Shown here: positions 29,935-39,724 of the stretch, piece after piece
Layout of the letters: every line of letters starts with the position of its first letter
Position numbering within the stretch: the stretch's first letter is position 1
Origin: an uncultured Planctomycetaceae bacterium
GTDB taxonomy: Bacteria > Planctomycetota > Planctomycetia > Planctomycetales > Planctomycetaceae
Reading direction: 5' to 3'
DNA: 64,000 bases
Assembly: GCA_963976765.1 (NCBI GenBank)
Contig: CAXBME010000029.1
Span: 1 to 64,000, forward strand
Translations under genes and position numbers: made by a program
Notes under the pieces: model-generated
Told to the model about the DNA's origin: nothing
The model's database searches: none
The model's input: the letters and a program-made list of their open reading frames with translations, nothing else

Positions 29935-32900
29935 TCAATTCGGCAGAAGCGTTTCAAACAGCGTGGTGACGGTTTCGATAGTCGAGTCGATATCGGTTTG
30001 CAACTGGCTGATTCGGTTGCCGTAGTTGAGGCGGCGGGCAAGGTAAGCGAATTCTTCGGTGTCGGGAGAGGGAACGGCGAGGTCTCGGGCGTCGCCTCGG
30101 ACCATGCGGAGAGCGTCGATCAGGCGGCGCAGGAAGACATAGTTGGTGTGTAAGTGTTCGAGTTGCTCGCCAGTGATAATTTCATGTCTGTGCAGCGCGG
30201 CGAGGGTGTCGGAAGTTCCGGCCTGACGGAGTTCCGGTCGAGTGTGGCCGTGAGTGATCTGCAAAGCCTGGACGAGGTATTCACAGTCGACCAGGCCGCC
30301 TGAGCTGAGCTTGGCGTTCCACACTCCGGGTTGAACGAGTTGTCGAAGCTGACGTTCGCGCATTGCCCGCAACGCGTTGACGTCGAACGGTGCGCCGGTG
30401 AAGACGAGTTTGTCTCGCAGTTCGATGATTCGCTGACCGAGTTCCGTGTCGCCAGCGATCGGTCGCAGTCTGACCAGTGACTGCCGTTCGTAGGGCCAGG
30501 CGGGACCGGTTGGTGCGAAGTATTCTTCGAAGGCGTACAGCGAAACCGCCAGTGGCCCGGCACTGCCGTACGGGCGCAGACGAAGGTCGATTTCAAAGAT
30601 GCCTTTGCGTCGAGCCTGGATTGTTTTCGTGAAGGATTCGACCAGGTGAATATAGAACTCCGAAGCCGTGATCGGCGTTTTTCCGTCGGTTATCCCTTCG
30701 GCTTCGTAGACAAACATCAGCTCGATATCTGACGCGAAGCCGAGTTCGCGACCACCGGCTTTGCCGAGTGCCAGGACGGCGAGCTTATTCGGAAGGCTCT
30801 CACTCGCGGCTGAGACCTCGATCTCTCCCGCAGGTGGGGGATGTGACATGACCTGCGGCTCGCCGTATCGGTCAGCGAGTCGGTCGTAGCTGATTTTCAA
30901 AGCTGCCGAAGTCACGGCTTCGGCGACGTCGGTCAGCTCTTCGGAGAACTGACCGAACTCGGTGATGCGGCCAGAGATGTGTCGCATGTCGACGCGGAAC
31001 ATTTCGCGGTCTTTGAAGTCGTTCAGACAGCGACGCTGGTCGTCTTTTGACGTGGTTTGCGTCAACTGTTCGGCTAGATCGGCTTCGAGCTGACATCGGT
31101 CGCGGCGTTCAGCCAGACCATCAACGTCTCGAAGAATAGGAAACAGGTTGTCGTGCTGGAGTCTCAGAAAATCTTCCCAGAGAAAATCGCTGACGCCCAG
31201 AAGTTGTGCCAGCGCTTCGAGAACCTCGCGACGGTCGAGCGAAGCCAGTTCATCGCCCCAGTCTGGTCGTTCGAAAAGGCGTTCCAGCAGTTGCCCGAAA
31301 TGGAGCAGGGCGTTCTGGGGATTCGGTGATTGAGGCAGCAGGTGAGTAAAGTGTTTGACCAGAACTACGGCGGCTCGCAGTCGCGTCTGCATTTCCGGGC
31401 GAACGATCTTTGTGCCGTCCTGCCGGGCGATAAACAGCGTGTCGAAAGCTCGGTCGCCGAGCGTCGTCAGAGTCACTCGGTGAATGTCGTAGCCCAGCAG
31501 GGCGAGTGAGCTGGTCAGTTCGTAAATGAAACCTGGAGTGTCGTCGGCGCTGATTCTTAACACGGTGAATCGGTCGGAATGGTCGTTGTCGATTTCGATG
31601 TCGATTGGCAGGAGCATGCCCGGCTCAACAGATGTGTCGGCAAAAGTCGCTGCGACTTTACTGGCCAGCTTCGCTTGTGCCTGTCGAAGTTCGCCATCGC
31701 GCACGAGTGTCACCAGACTGGCCAGATCGGACTGATATTTCTGCCAGATGTCGGCAGGCGTTTCGGCCTTTGGCGGAGTAAGCAGGAAGACGTCAACGAA
31801 CTTTCGAGCGTCGGTTGAAAGGCTGCTCCCATCCTTGATCGAACTTTCCAGAATATTGTCAGCGGTGAAGGCGTTGCCGCTGACGATGTCGAATCCGTTG
31901 GCAAAAAGCAGCCCGCAGACCATGGCCAGGCCGCCGGATTGATCGTAGCCGCAAACGGTTAGCTGAATGCGGTTTCCTGGAGCAGACGCGGCTTCAACGA
32001 GAATCGGCTGTTCGTCGCTGAGTGAGTCGAGCATTCGAGCGTGGTTGAAAATTTCCTCGTTCGAGAACACTTTGAGATAGGACGGCTCCATCGCTTCAGA
32101 ATGACTCGGACGTCTCGCGATTGGAGAGACGTCCGGCGAGGCAGATGGAAACGTCCGGGGAGGCGACTCTGGTTCTGAATTTTCGATGTATCGTAGAAAG
32201 ATTGTGCGTACTTCGGCGCAGTGCTGGCTGTAGCTGGCGAGGAACGCTTTGGTGTCCGGAAAGTCAAGCCGTCGCGCGAGGTAAGCAAGTTCGCGTTCGT
32301 CTGTCGGCAACGAGTGAACCTGCTTGTAATGAAGCAGTTGAAGCGTGTGTTCGATTTTTCGGAGCAGCAGGTAGGCGGTGGTGAGTTGTCTGAACTCATC
32401 GGCTCGAAGGAAGTCGAGATCGGCCAGCCGCACGAGACCGTCCAGAGTGCCGATGCTGCAAACGTGTCGGTTTTTTCGGCCGTGGCGGAGCTGCAGAAAC
32501 TGAGTCACAAATTCGATGTCGCGGATTGATCCTTGTCCCGATTTCACGTCGCCGAATCCTCGACCTTTCTTTTTCAGACCTGCTTCAATTTTCAACTTCA
32601 TCGCGAGAACGTTTTCGCGCACAGCATCGACAGTTGCTTCGAAGAGAAGATGGTTCGCTCGTCGAAGAAATTCGTACCCGATTTCAAGCGCTCCCGCGAT
32701 CGGGCGGGCTTTCAGCAGTGCCTGTTTTTCCCACAACTCAGCGTTGCTGGCGAGGTACTCGACGTAGCTGTCGAGCGTTGTGACCAGCGGTCCCGAATTT
32801 CCCCAGGGGCGCAGACGCATGTCGACGCGATAAAGAAAGCTGCCCGAAATGGAATCGGTCAGGCCACGGATCAGTTGCTGGCCAACCTGCCAGTAACGAG

Positions 32901-33636
32901 CGGCGTTGTCCTTCGAAATAAAAACGAGGTCGATGTCTGAGCTGTAGTTAAGTTCTTCGCCGCCCAGCTTTCCGAATGCCAGAACAACGAAGTCGTCCGC
33001 GTTGATGGATAGTTCGTCGCTGACAATCGAAAGGGCAGTCTGAACGACGGCGTCGGCCAGAAGCGACAACTGCACCGTCACTGATTTGAGGTCAAGCAGA
33101 CCAAAATTATCGCACGCGCTGATTCTGAGCAGTTCCCAGTGCTGGTAGGTTCGCAGAGCTTCGAACTTCTGTTGAGAATTTGCGGCGATAATCAGCGACT
33201 GCTCGGCCTCGCGTCGAAAATCTTCGCGGCTTTTGAAATCGGCAAGGCGCTTGTGTTGTGTGAGGCGTTCGAGGTAGTCGGGATTCCGCAGCAGAATTTC
33301 GGTCAGAAACTGGCTGTTGACGAACAGCTTGACGAGGATTTCGACGGATCGAGGGTTGTCTGCCAGAAACCGCAGCGTTGCGGCGGCATTTGGAACGGTG
33401 TGAATAAAGCGTTCCAGATTCAGGATCGAGCTGTCCGGATTCGCGGACTCCGCCAGAGCTGCCAGGAGCATCGGCAACGCGTCTGTGAGCGATCTTCTTC
33501 GTGCATCGTCACTGCAAAGTCCGAGCAGTCTGTGGTGTGCGAGTTGCCAGTCCGCAAAGCCGATTGGTGCCAGCAGACTTTCGACGTCGGCGTCGAGGAC
33601 GTCTTTCTGAAGGAGTTGGTCCGTTTTGCGAGGCAT
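29935..33636 (-). CDS. glnE: Glutamine synthetase adenylyltransferase/adenylyl-removing enzyme with internal ACT domains
   Basis: Two NTase modules (GKLGGEELNYSSDIDL...VDMRLRPWG; GKAGGRELGFASDIEL...IDLRLRPYG), WEKQAL/YERQSL, plus a central ACT pair. Confidence 0.9.
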   Translation of the reverse strand: MPRKTDQLLQKDVLDADVESLLAPIGFADWQLAHHRLLGLCSDDARRRSLTDALPMLLAALAESANPDSSILNLERFIHTVPNAAATLRFLADNPRSVEILVKLFVNSQFLTEILLRNPDYLERLTQHKRLADFKSREDFRREAEQSLIIAANSQQKFEALRTYQHWELLRISACDNFGLLDLKSVTVQLSLLADAVVQTALSIVSDELSINADDFVVLAFGKLGGEELNYSSDIDLVFISKDNAARYWQVGQQLIRGLTDSISGSFLYRVDMRLRPWGNSGPLVTTLDSYVEYLASNAELWEKQALLKARPIAGALEIGYEFLRRANHLLFEATVDAVRENVLAMKLKIEAGLKKKGRGFGDVKSGQGSIRDIEFVTQFLQLRHGRKNRHVCSIGTLDGLVRLADLDFLRADEFRQLTTAYLLLRKIEHTLQLLHYKQVHSLPTDERELAYLARRLDFPDTKAFLASYSQHCAEVRTIFLRYIENSEPESPPRTFPSASPDVSPIARRPSHSEAMEPSYLKVFSNEEIFNHARMLDSLSDEQPILVEAASAPGNRIQLTVCGYDQSGGLAMVCGLLFANGFDIVSGNAFTADNILESSIKDGSSLSTDARKFVDVFLLTPPKAETPADIWQKYQSDLASLVTLVRDGELRQAQAKLASKVAATFADTSVEPGMLLPIDIEIDNDHSDRFTVLRISADDTPGFIYELTSSLALLGYDIHRVTLTTLGDRAFDTLFIARQDGTKIVRPEMQTRLRAAVVLVKHFTHLLPQSPNPQNALLHFGQLLERLFERPDWGDELASLDRREVLEALAQLLGVSDFLWEDFLRLQHDNLFPILRDVDGLAERRDRCQLEADLAEQLTQTTSKDDQRRCLNDFKDREMFRVDMRHISGRITEFGQFSEELTDVAEAVTSAALKISYDRLADRYGEPQVMSHPPPAGEIEVSAASESLPNKLAVLALGKAGGRELGFASDIELMFVYEAEGITDGKTPITASEFYIHLVESFTKTIQARRKGIFEIDLRLRPYGSAGPLAVSLYAFEEYFAPTGPAWPYERQSLVRLRPIAGDTELGQRIIELRDKLVFTGAPFDVNALRAMRERQLRQLVQPGVWNAKLSSGGLVDCEYLVQALQITHGHTRPELRQAGTSDTLAALHRHEIITGEQLEHLHTNYVFLRRLIDALRMVRGDARDLAVPSPDTEEFAYLARRLNYGNRISQLQTDIDSTIETVTTLFETLLPN

Positions 33637-33866
33637 GCGATGAAATACTGCGGCGATGAGATGTGTTTTTATGTGAGGCCGACTGCTGCCCGAAGTTTAG
33701 CCGGTTGTCTGAAAAGGGGCAGAGTTCACAGATTTCCTGTTCTGTGCCTGCTCGATCGCGGACCCAGCATTTACGGGACACTGATCAACGCTAATCTTCA
33801 CTGATGATTGTGTCCGAATTGAATTTATGGATTCGAACCAGGTCTTTCCTTTCGTCTGAATAACTC

Positions 33867-36239
33867 ATGCTCGCCACGTTGCCGGTCATTTTTGCGTTTG
33901 GTTTTGCCAGTCCGCTGTTGCTGGGCGGGCTGGCGCTGGCAGGAATCCCGGTTTTAATCCATCTGCTGCACCGGCGGCGGCATGTCATCGTCGAATTCGC
34001 AGCGATGAGGTTTCTGATCGAGGCGACACGAAAACGAGCGAGGCGGACGCGAATTGAGCAGCTCATTCTGCTCTTTCTGCGGACTCTGGTGCTGGCACTG
34101 CTGGTTCTGGCGATGGCGCGACCGCACTTTGAAACGGACGGTGGTCTGCTGACCGGTGATCAGCCGACGCATCGAATTGTCGTTGTCGATACGTCATTCA
34201 GTATGCAGCTTGCCGAGGAAATCTTTGAGCCGCAGGCCGGTCAGAACTCGGCGAGTGATTCCGGAACCGGTATCGACAAAGCTCGCGCCGCCGTGCGCAG
34301 GCTGGTCGAAAATGGCCGTCGCGGCGATGCGTGGAATCTTGTCCGCATTTCAGGCCAGGAACCGTTCGGCATCATCAGTCAACCAGCGTTCAATTCGGAG
34401 TCAGTTGTGGATGAAGTGGCCGCGCTGACGGCGACGGATTCTGCTGGTGATCTGGCGGGCGCATTCGAAACCGTTTTGACGATGTTGAAGCTCGCTCCAG
34501 AGATCCCTCGCAAGGAAGTGGTCTTTGTCAGCGATCTTCAAGCGTCGATGTGGGCTCCGGAATCGGTGACTCATAAGAGAAGGCTGCGCGAGCTGGCCCG
34601 GAAGATCGGAGCGGTTGCGCGAATCTCTGTGGTGAACTCCGCTGGCCTGGGGGTTCTGAATCTGGCGGTCACGAGTCTGGAAATGGAGTCCGGGACGGCA
34701 GCGACTGACCAGCCCGTCACGTTTCGGTCAGCCGTCCGAAACTTTGGTGAATCCACTCTGCGGGGCCAGGTAATCGAGTTACTGGTGGACGGCCGGCTGG
34801 TCGATACAAAGCGTATTGATCTGCCTCCCGGAGTCGATATTCCGGTCAACTGGTCGCACACGTTTCGTGCTGCGGGCGAAGTCCGTGTCGAAGTGCATCT
34901 TCAGGATGACGCATTGCCGGTCGATAATCGTCGCTGGCTGGCGGTGCCGGTGCGTGACGAACTGTCTGTTCTGCTGGTCGATGGCACTCCGTCGGGCCGT
35001 GCCCGCGACTCCGCAACGTTCTACGTGGCTCTGGCATTGGATCCGTCGACGCTGGACGACACCTCCGGGACATTTGTTCGACCACAGATTATTAACGAGG
35101 GTGAGTTGCCGTCGGTTCGACTGACTGACTACGACGTCGTCGTTTTATGCAATGTCGGCATGCTGACTGAGCCGGAAGCGAGCGTTCTTCAATCATTTGT
35201 CCGTGGCGGCGGTGGACTGATTATTCTGCCCGGCGACCGGGTCAGTTCGGACAGTTACAACCAGCGACTGTTTCGCAACGGGAAGGGAATCCTTCCTGCC
35301 AGAATGGGGCAGCTGAAGGTCGTCGAAAATCGTGACGACGTGCTGACGTTCGACGCGAGGGGTTTCGAGCATCCGCTCGTGCGTGCGTTCCGAGGCAATC
35401 CTGGAGCTGGCCTTGAGTCGACGATGACGCAGAAGTACGTGACCTTAACGCCAAGCGAATCTGCCAGCGTCGGGCTTTGGTTCAGCGATGGATCTCCGGC
35501 GCTGGTTGAGTCAACAACGGGGGGCGGGCGAGTCGTTCTGGCTGCGACAAGTGCAGATGATCGATGGGGCACGTGGGCGATCTGGGCTCCGAGTTTCGTT
35601 CCGATCATGAACGAGATGGTGCTTCATTCAGTGTCCGGTCGGTGGAAAAATCGCCAATTGAGAGTGGGTGATCCGATTTTGACAACGTGGCCGGCGCGAG
35701 TATTTGATATGCCCGTTGCTGTTCGGCCACCCGGCGGACCAGAAGTTTCGCTCACATTGAAAGACGACGGAAACATTCTCGCCGCCGCCTTTGACCAGAC
35801 AGACAGAGCTGGGGTTTACGAGTTGAATCTTGGCTCGCCGCTGAACCGCAACGAGCTCTACGCAGTGAATGTCGAGGTGGTTGAAAGCGACCTCGCGCCC
35901 GCTGACTGGCAGACTTTGCAGTCCGAATTATTTTCCGAAGTTGACGTACAGGTGTGGACTTCCGAGTCGTCCGGCTTTCAATCAGTCAGTCCGGAATTGA
36001 AGTCTGGACTTTCCATGCTGACGCGAACTCTGGCCTGGACCGTTCTTGTGCTATTGCTGATTGAACCTTTGCTGGCCTGGCGATTCTTGCCAGGTGTCAT
36101 TGCTCTCGCGGCGTCGGCTTTGCTGGCTTTGTCCGTGCCGATGCTGGGGGCACAGTTTGTTCTGGTTCTCGCCCTGGCTGTTGCGGGCGCCTTGGTTTAC
36201 CGGATCCGTCTGCGGTTGTCAGTCCGCAGAGTTGATTAG
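33867..36239 (+). CDS. BatA-domain / vWA / Ig-like / GATase-like membrane protein
   Basis: F.SP.LL.GL....IP.LIHLL.RRR...F.AMRFL BatA N-terminus, DTSFSM MIDAS, SDLQ, C-terminal TMs. Confidence 0.85.
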   Translation: MLATLPVIFAFGFASPLLLGGLALAGIPVLIHLLHRRRHVIVEFAAMRFLIEATRKRARRTRIEQLILLFLRTLVLALLVLAMARPHFETDGGLLTGDQPTHRIVVVDTSFSMQLAEEIFEPQAGQNSASDSGTGIDKARAAVRRLVENGRRGDAWNLVRISGQEPFGIISQPAFNSESVVDEVAALTATDSAGDLAGAFETVLTMLKLAPEIPRKEVVFVSDLQASMWAPESVTHKRRLRELARKIGAVARISVVNSAGLGVLNLAVTSLEMESGTAATDQPVTFRSAVRNFGESTLRGQVIELLVDGRLVDTKRIDLPPGVDIPVNWSHTFRAAGEVRVEVHLQDDALPVDNRRWLAVPVRDELSVLLVDGTPSGRARDSATFYVALALDPSTLDDTSGTFVRPQIINEGELPSVRLTDYDVVVLCNVGMLTEPEASVLQSFVRGGGGLIILPGDRVSSDSYNQRLFRNGKGILPARMGQLKVVENRDDVLTFDARGFEHPLVRAFRGNPGAGLESTMTQKYVTLTPSESASVGLWFSDGSPALVESTTGGGRVVLAATSADDRWGTWAIWAPSFVPIMNEMVLHSVSGRWKNRQLRVGDPILTTWPARVFDMPVAVRPPGGPEVSLTLKDDGNILAAAFDQTDRAGVYELNLGSPLNRNELYAVNVEVVESDLAPADWQTLQSELFSEVDVQVWTSESSGFQSVSPELKSGLSMLTRTLAWTVLVLLLIEPLLAWRFLPGVIALAASALLALSVPMLGAQFVLVLALAVAGALVYRIRLRLSVRRVD

Positions 36240-36479
36240 TGATAAGTGTTCAGTTGTTGATGGTGGGTGTGCTGTGGGTACTGTGTCCAGCCTGCGACTT
36301 GATGATTGCCGAAAGTCTTCACTGCCAATCGGTTGAAGATCGATGGGGCCGTCGGTATCTTCCCCGCTTCTCCAGCCCTGTTTCAGTGGCCCTGTGATGA
36401 GAATCCCTGCGTCGAACGTGCATTGGAAGCACTCGGCAAATTCATAAGTGCTTAACTGATAAGATGATCGAGCATTACA

Positions 36480-37100
36480 ATGGCAGACGATGGCAAACTT
36501 GTCGCTGAAAAGCGGACTCAAATCGGAACATCGCATTCTCGACGCTTGCGTTGCGAAGGCAAGGTGCCGGTAAACCTGTACGGACTTGGTCAGGAAAGCG
36601 TCAGTCTGACTATCTCAGGTGACGATCTGAAACCGTTCATTATCTCAGGTTCTCAGGTCTGCGACATCGTGATCGACGGAGCCGAGCAGAAGGCATTGGT
36701 CAAAGAGGTGCAATGGGACACTTTCCTGTTGCACATTCTGCATGCTGACTTTCAGCGGGTCGATCCGCAGGCGCGTGTCGATGTGGAAATTCCAATCGCT
36801 ACGCGAGGTACCGTGAATGAGGGCATGCTTGAGCATGTGCTTCACGAGATCAGCGTCAATTGCCCTGTTTACAACATTCCCGAAAAGGTTGAGGTTCGGG
36901 TTGGTGCGTTGAAAATCGGCGATGAAGTGACGATTGCTGACCTTGCTTTCGACGCTGACCTGACGAGTGTCCTGCCGAGCGACACGGTTGTTCTGCGGAT
37001 TTCGGAACCGCAGGAAGTAGAAATTGAGCAGGAAGATGTTGGTGCCGCTGTCGAGCCGGAAGTTATCGGACGGAGTGCTGATGGCGACGATGAGGAATAA
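36480..37100 (+). CDS. rplY: 50S ribosomal protein L25/Ctc
   Basis: SRRLR..GKVP..LYG, LVKEVQWD...HADFQRV; located before pth. Confidence 0.93.
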   Translation: MADDGKLVAEKRTQIGTSHSRRLRCEGKVPVNLYGLGQESVSLTISGDDLKPFIISGSQVCDIVIDGAEQKALVKEVQWDTFLLHILHADFQRVDPQARVDVEIPIATRGTVNEGMLEHVLHEISVNCPVYNIPEKVEVRVGALKIGDEVTIADLAFDADLTSVLPSDTVVLRISEPQEVEIEQEDVGAAVEPEVIGRSADGDDEE

Positions 37101-37136
37101 AGGTAAGTCGTCAGTAATTTCGTAACGGGTTGGATC

Positions 37137-37832
37137 ATGAAGTTGATCGTGGGGCTTGGAAATCCTGGTCCTCGATATGACAAAACTCGACACAACATCG
37201 GGTTTGAGGTGCTGAAGGCTTTTGCAGATCGACACTTTTTTCCTGCGGCAAAGTTGCAGTTCGATGGTTTGGTGACTGACCATTCGATTGGCGGAGAGAA
37301 GGTCCTGTTGCTTGCTCCGCAAACTTATATGAATGCGAGTGGGAAAAGCGTTCGGCAATGCGTTGAGTTTTTCAAAATCGACCACAAGGATGTGATGCTG
37401 GTGGTCGACGATATGAATCTGGATGTGGGGCGAATGAGAATTCGTCCGACGGGTTCTGCCGGCGGTCAAAAGGGACTTGCTGACACGATTCGGCATCTGG
37501 GGACGGATAAAATTTCCCGACTGAGAGTGGGGATAGGACGCCCTCCGGGGCGAATGGCTGCCAGCGACTTTGTCCTGCAGCGGTTTTCGGATGCTGAGCG
37601 GCAAATTGTCGATGTGTGCATTCAGGATGCTGCGGACGGCTTGGAGCGCTGGGTCAAAGACGGTATTGAAAAGGCGATGAACCTGCTCAATCCGTCCAAA
37701 GAGCCAAAGCCAAAGAAGCGACAAATCAATAAAGGGAATGCTCAGCAGAGTGGCCCGGACGATTCGCCAATGGAAGGCGATTCGCCCACAACCCCATCCG
37801 GGCGGGAATCTGCTGGCGGGAATTCGGACTGA
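37137..37832 (+). CDS. pth: Peptidyl-tRNA hydrolase
   Basis: MKLIVGLGNPG..Y..TRHNIGF, PQTYMNASG, RLRVGIGRP. Confidence 0.97.
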   Translation: MKLIVGLGNPGPRYDKTRHNIGFEVLKAFADRHFFPAAKLQFDGLVTDHSIGGEKVLLLAPQTYMNASGKSVRQCVEFFKIDHKDVMLVVDDMNLDVGRMRIRPTGSAGGQKGLADTIRHLGTDKISRLRVGIGRPPGRMAASDFVLQRFSDAERQIVDVCIQDAADGLERWVKDGIEKAMNLLNPSKEPKPKKRQINKGNAQQSGPDDSPMEGDSPTTPSGRESAGGNSD

Positions 37833-37878
37833 CACAATCCGGCATTAGCTGGTGTGTCGCATTGACAGGGGTAGAGTC

Positions 37879-38310
37879 TTGGCGATCAATCACTACGAAG
37901 GAATGTTCATCCTTGATAGCGGGCGTTTCGGTGCGAATCCGGACGCTGCAGCGACCGAGGTTACTGGAATCATTGAAAAGGTCGGCGGAACGGTTTCTGC
38001 CCATCGTCCGTGGCAGGATACCAAGCTGGCCTACCCGATTAACGGTCACCGCAAGGGGCTGTACTATCTGGCATTTTTCACTGCCGAAAGTCGAGCCGTC
38101 AACGAGATCAACGGCATCGTTAAGCTCAATGAAAATGTTCTTCGTCACCTGATTCTGAGTCACGATAAAGGGCTCTATGATCAGATGGTCGAGATGGTTG
38201 GCGGTGAAGCGTTCAGGACCGTAGACCCTGATGCCGTGACTGAAAAAGCCACTTCAGGGAAAAATGACTCGGATGACGATGATGATGACACAGATGACGG
38301 TGACGAGTAA
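37879..38310 (+). CDS. rpsF: 30S ribosomal protein S6
   Basis: YEGMFILD, KLAYPI..HRKGLYYL, VLRHLI; TTG start at 37879. Confidence 0.93.
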   Translation: MAINHYEGMFILDSGRFGANPDAAATEVTGIIEKVGGTVSAHRPWQDTKLAYPINGHRKGLYYLAFFTAESRAVNEINGIVKLNENVLRHLILSHDKGLYDQMVEMVGGEAFRTVDPDAVTEKATSGKNDSDDDDDDTDDGDE

Positions 38311-38411
38311 GACGTTAAAGTTGCTCTGTGTCAGGTTGTCGGTTGCTGGCTGATTGATATCGGGGTGTCGGAGAGAGACCGTCTCGCAGAGCTTTTTGAG
38401 GATCACACAGA

Positions 38412-38891
38412 ATGGCTAGTTTCAATAAAGTCATCCTGATGGGCAATTTGACTCGCGATCCAGAAGTTCGGTATACGCCTTCCGGAACTGCTGTTTCGGA
38501 AGTTGGTCTGGCGGTCAACCGGACCTGGTTCGATAAGCAAACGAATCAGAAGAAAGAAGAAGTGACCTTTGTTGACGTGACTCTCTGGGGGCGTCAGGCA
38601 GAAGTTGCAGGAGAATATCTTGGGAAGGGGCGAGGCGTTCTGATTGAAGGGCGTCTTCAGCTTGACCAGTGGGATGACAAAGAGACCGGCCAGAAACGCA
38701 GCAAGTTGCGAGTGGTCGGAGAAAATATGACGATGCTTCCGGGGCGAGGGGACGGTGCTCCGCAACGCAGCGGGGGCGGTCAGAGTTCTAATGCAGCAGG
38801 CGGGGCGCCAGCCGCGAATTCCGGCGTTTCTGGCGGCGGCTTTGAGTCAGGCGGCGGAAGTGCTCCTCCGGACGACGATGTACCATTCTGA
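38412..38891 (+). CDS. ssb: Single-stranded DNA-binding protein
   Basis: FNKVILMGNLTRDPE, Gly-rich tail ending DDDVPF. Confidence 0.97.
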   Translation: MASFNKVILMGNLTRDPEVRYTPSGTAVSEVGLAVNRTWFDKQTNQKKEEVTFVDVTLWGRQAEVAGEYLGKGRGVLIEGRLQLDQWDDKETGQKRSKLRVVGENMTMLPGRGDGAPQRSGGGQSSNAAGGAPAANSGVSGGGFESGGGSAPPDDDVPF

Positions 38892-39007
38892 TGTTTGATT
38901 ATCGTGTCGGCCAATGGAAGGCCACATGACTGAACAGTTCCTGCCTGGCAGGAAACATCGCTTCAGGCAAACAGAGACATTTCATACAGATAAGAAGTGT
39001 AAGAGAC

Positions 39008-39517
39008 ATGCCCAGGAAAAACCGAATTAAAAAGATTCCAGGTACTCGACGACGAATGTCGGAGTTGCTGCTGGCTGAAAATGTCCAGAGCGTTGGGGCT
39101 CAAGGCGAGATTGTCCGCGTTCGAGCTGGATTCGCTCGGAACTACCTGGTTCCGCAGGGGCTGGCCACAATCGCGACTGAAGAAAACAAGGCGGCCGTTG
39201 AAGAGCATAAGAAGGCTCAGGCGGCGGCTCGTAAAGACCAGATCAAGACTCTTCGCGACCTGGCCGAAAGCGTTGGCAAGTACAGCGTCACTTTGGAAGC
39301 TCACGCTAACAAGGAAGGCCATTTGTACGGATCCATCCTGGGAGCCGACATCAGTGCTCAGTTGAAGGCTGCCAACTTCCCGATTGAAACCAGCCAGGTT
39401 CGACTTGAAGGTCCACTCAAGGAAACAGGGATGTACACCGTTAAGGTGCAGCTTGATCCGGAAGTCGAAGCTGAAGTCAAGGTCTGGGTTGTTCCGAAAG
39501 CCGGTGGCAACGAATAG
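39008..39517 (+). CDS. rplI: 50S ribosomal protein L9
   Basis: GEIVRVRAGFARNYLVPQG, GHLYGSI, PLKETGMYTVKV. Confidence 0.96.
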   Translation: MPRKNRIKKIPGTRRRMSELLLAENVQSVGAQGEIVRVRAGFARNYLVPQGLATIATEENKAAVEEHKKAQAAARKDQIKTLRDLAESVGKYSVTLEAHANKEGHLYGSILGADISAQLKAANFPIETSQVRLEGPLKETGMYTVKVQLDPEVEAEVKVWVVPKAGGNE

Positions 39518-39570
39518 TTGACGGTGCGGTTCTACAACCGTGTGAAGCTGACCGAAGTCTTATAGAATCC

Positions 39571-39605
39571 CAGCCCGACCGCTTGCCAGGCAGTCGGGCT
39601 GTTTT
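39571..39605 (+). terminator. Rho-independent terminator after rplI
   Basis: CAGCCCGAC...GTCGGGCTG stem followed by TTTT. Confidence 0.65.
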
Positions 39606-39724
39606 CGTTCGAATCCCAGAACACATCGGCGGAATTTGAACGCGGTGTATTTTGCCGATTCGTCCGTCGTTGGCGGGTGTGTGTGGGCAACGCTCCTCAG
39701 GTTCTCTCCTGGAAATGGTATAGC

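Noticed and set aside
36645..37835. 396-aa minus-strand ORF
   Set aside because: Antisense to rplY and pth; no motifs.
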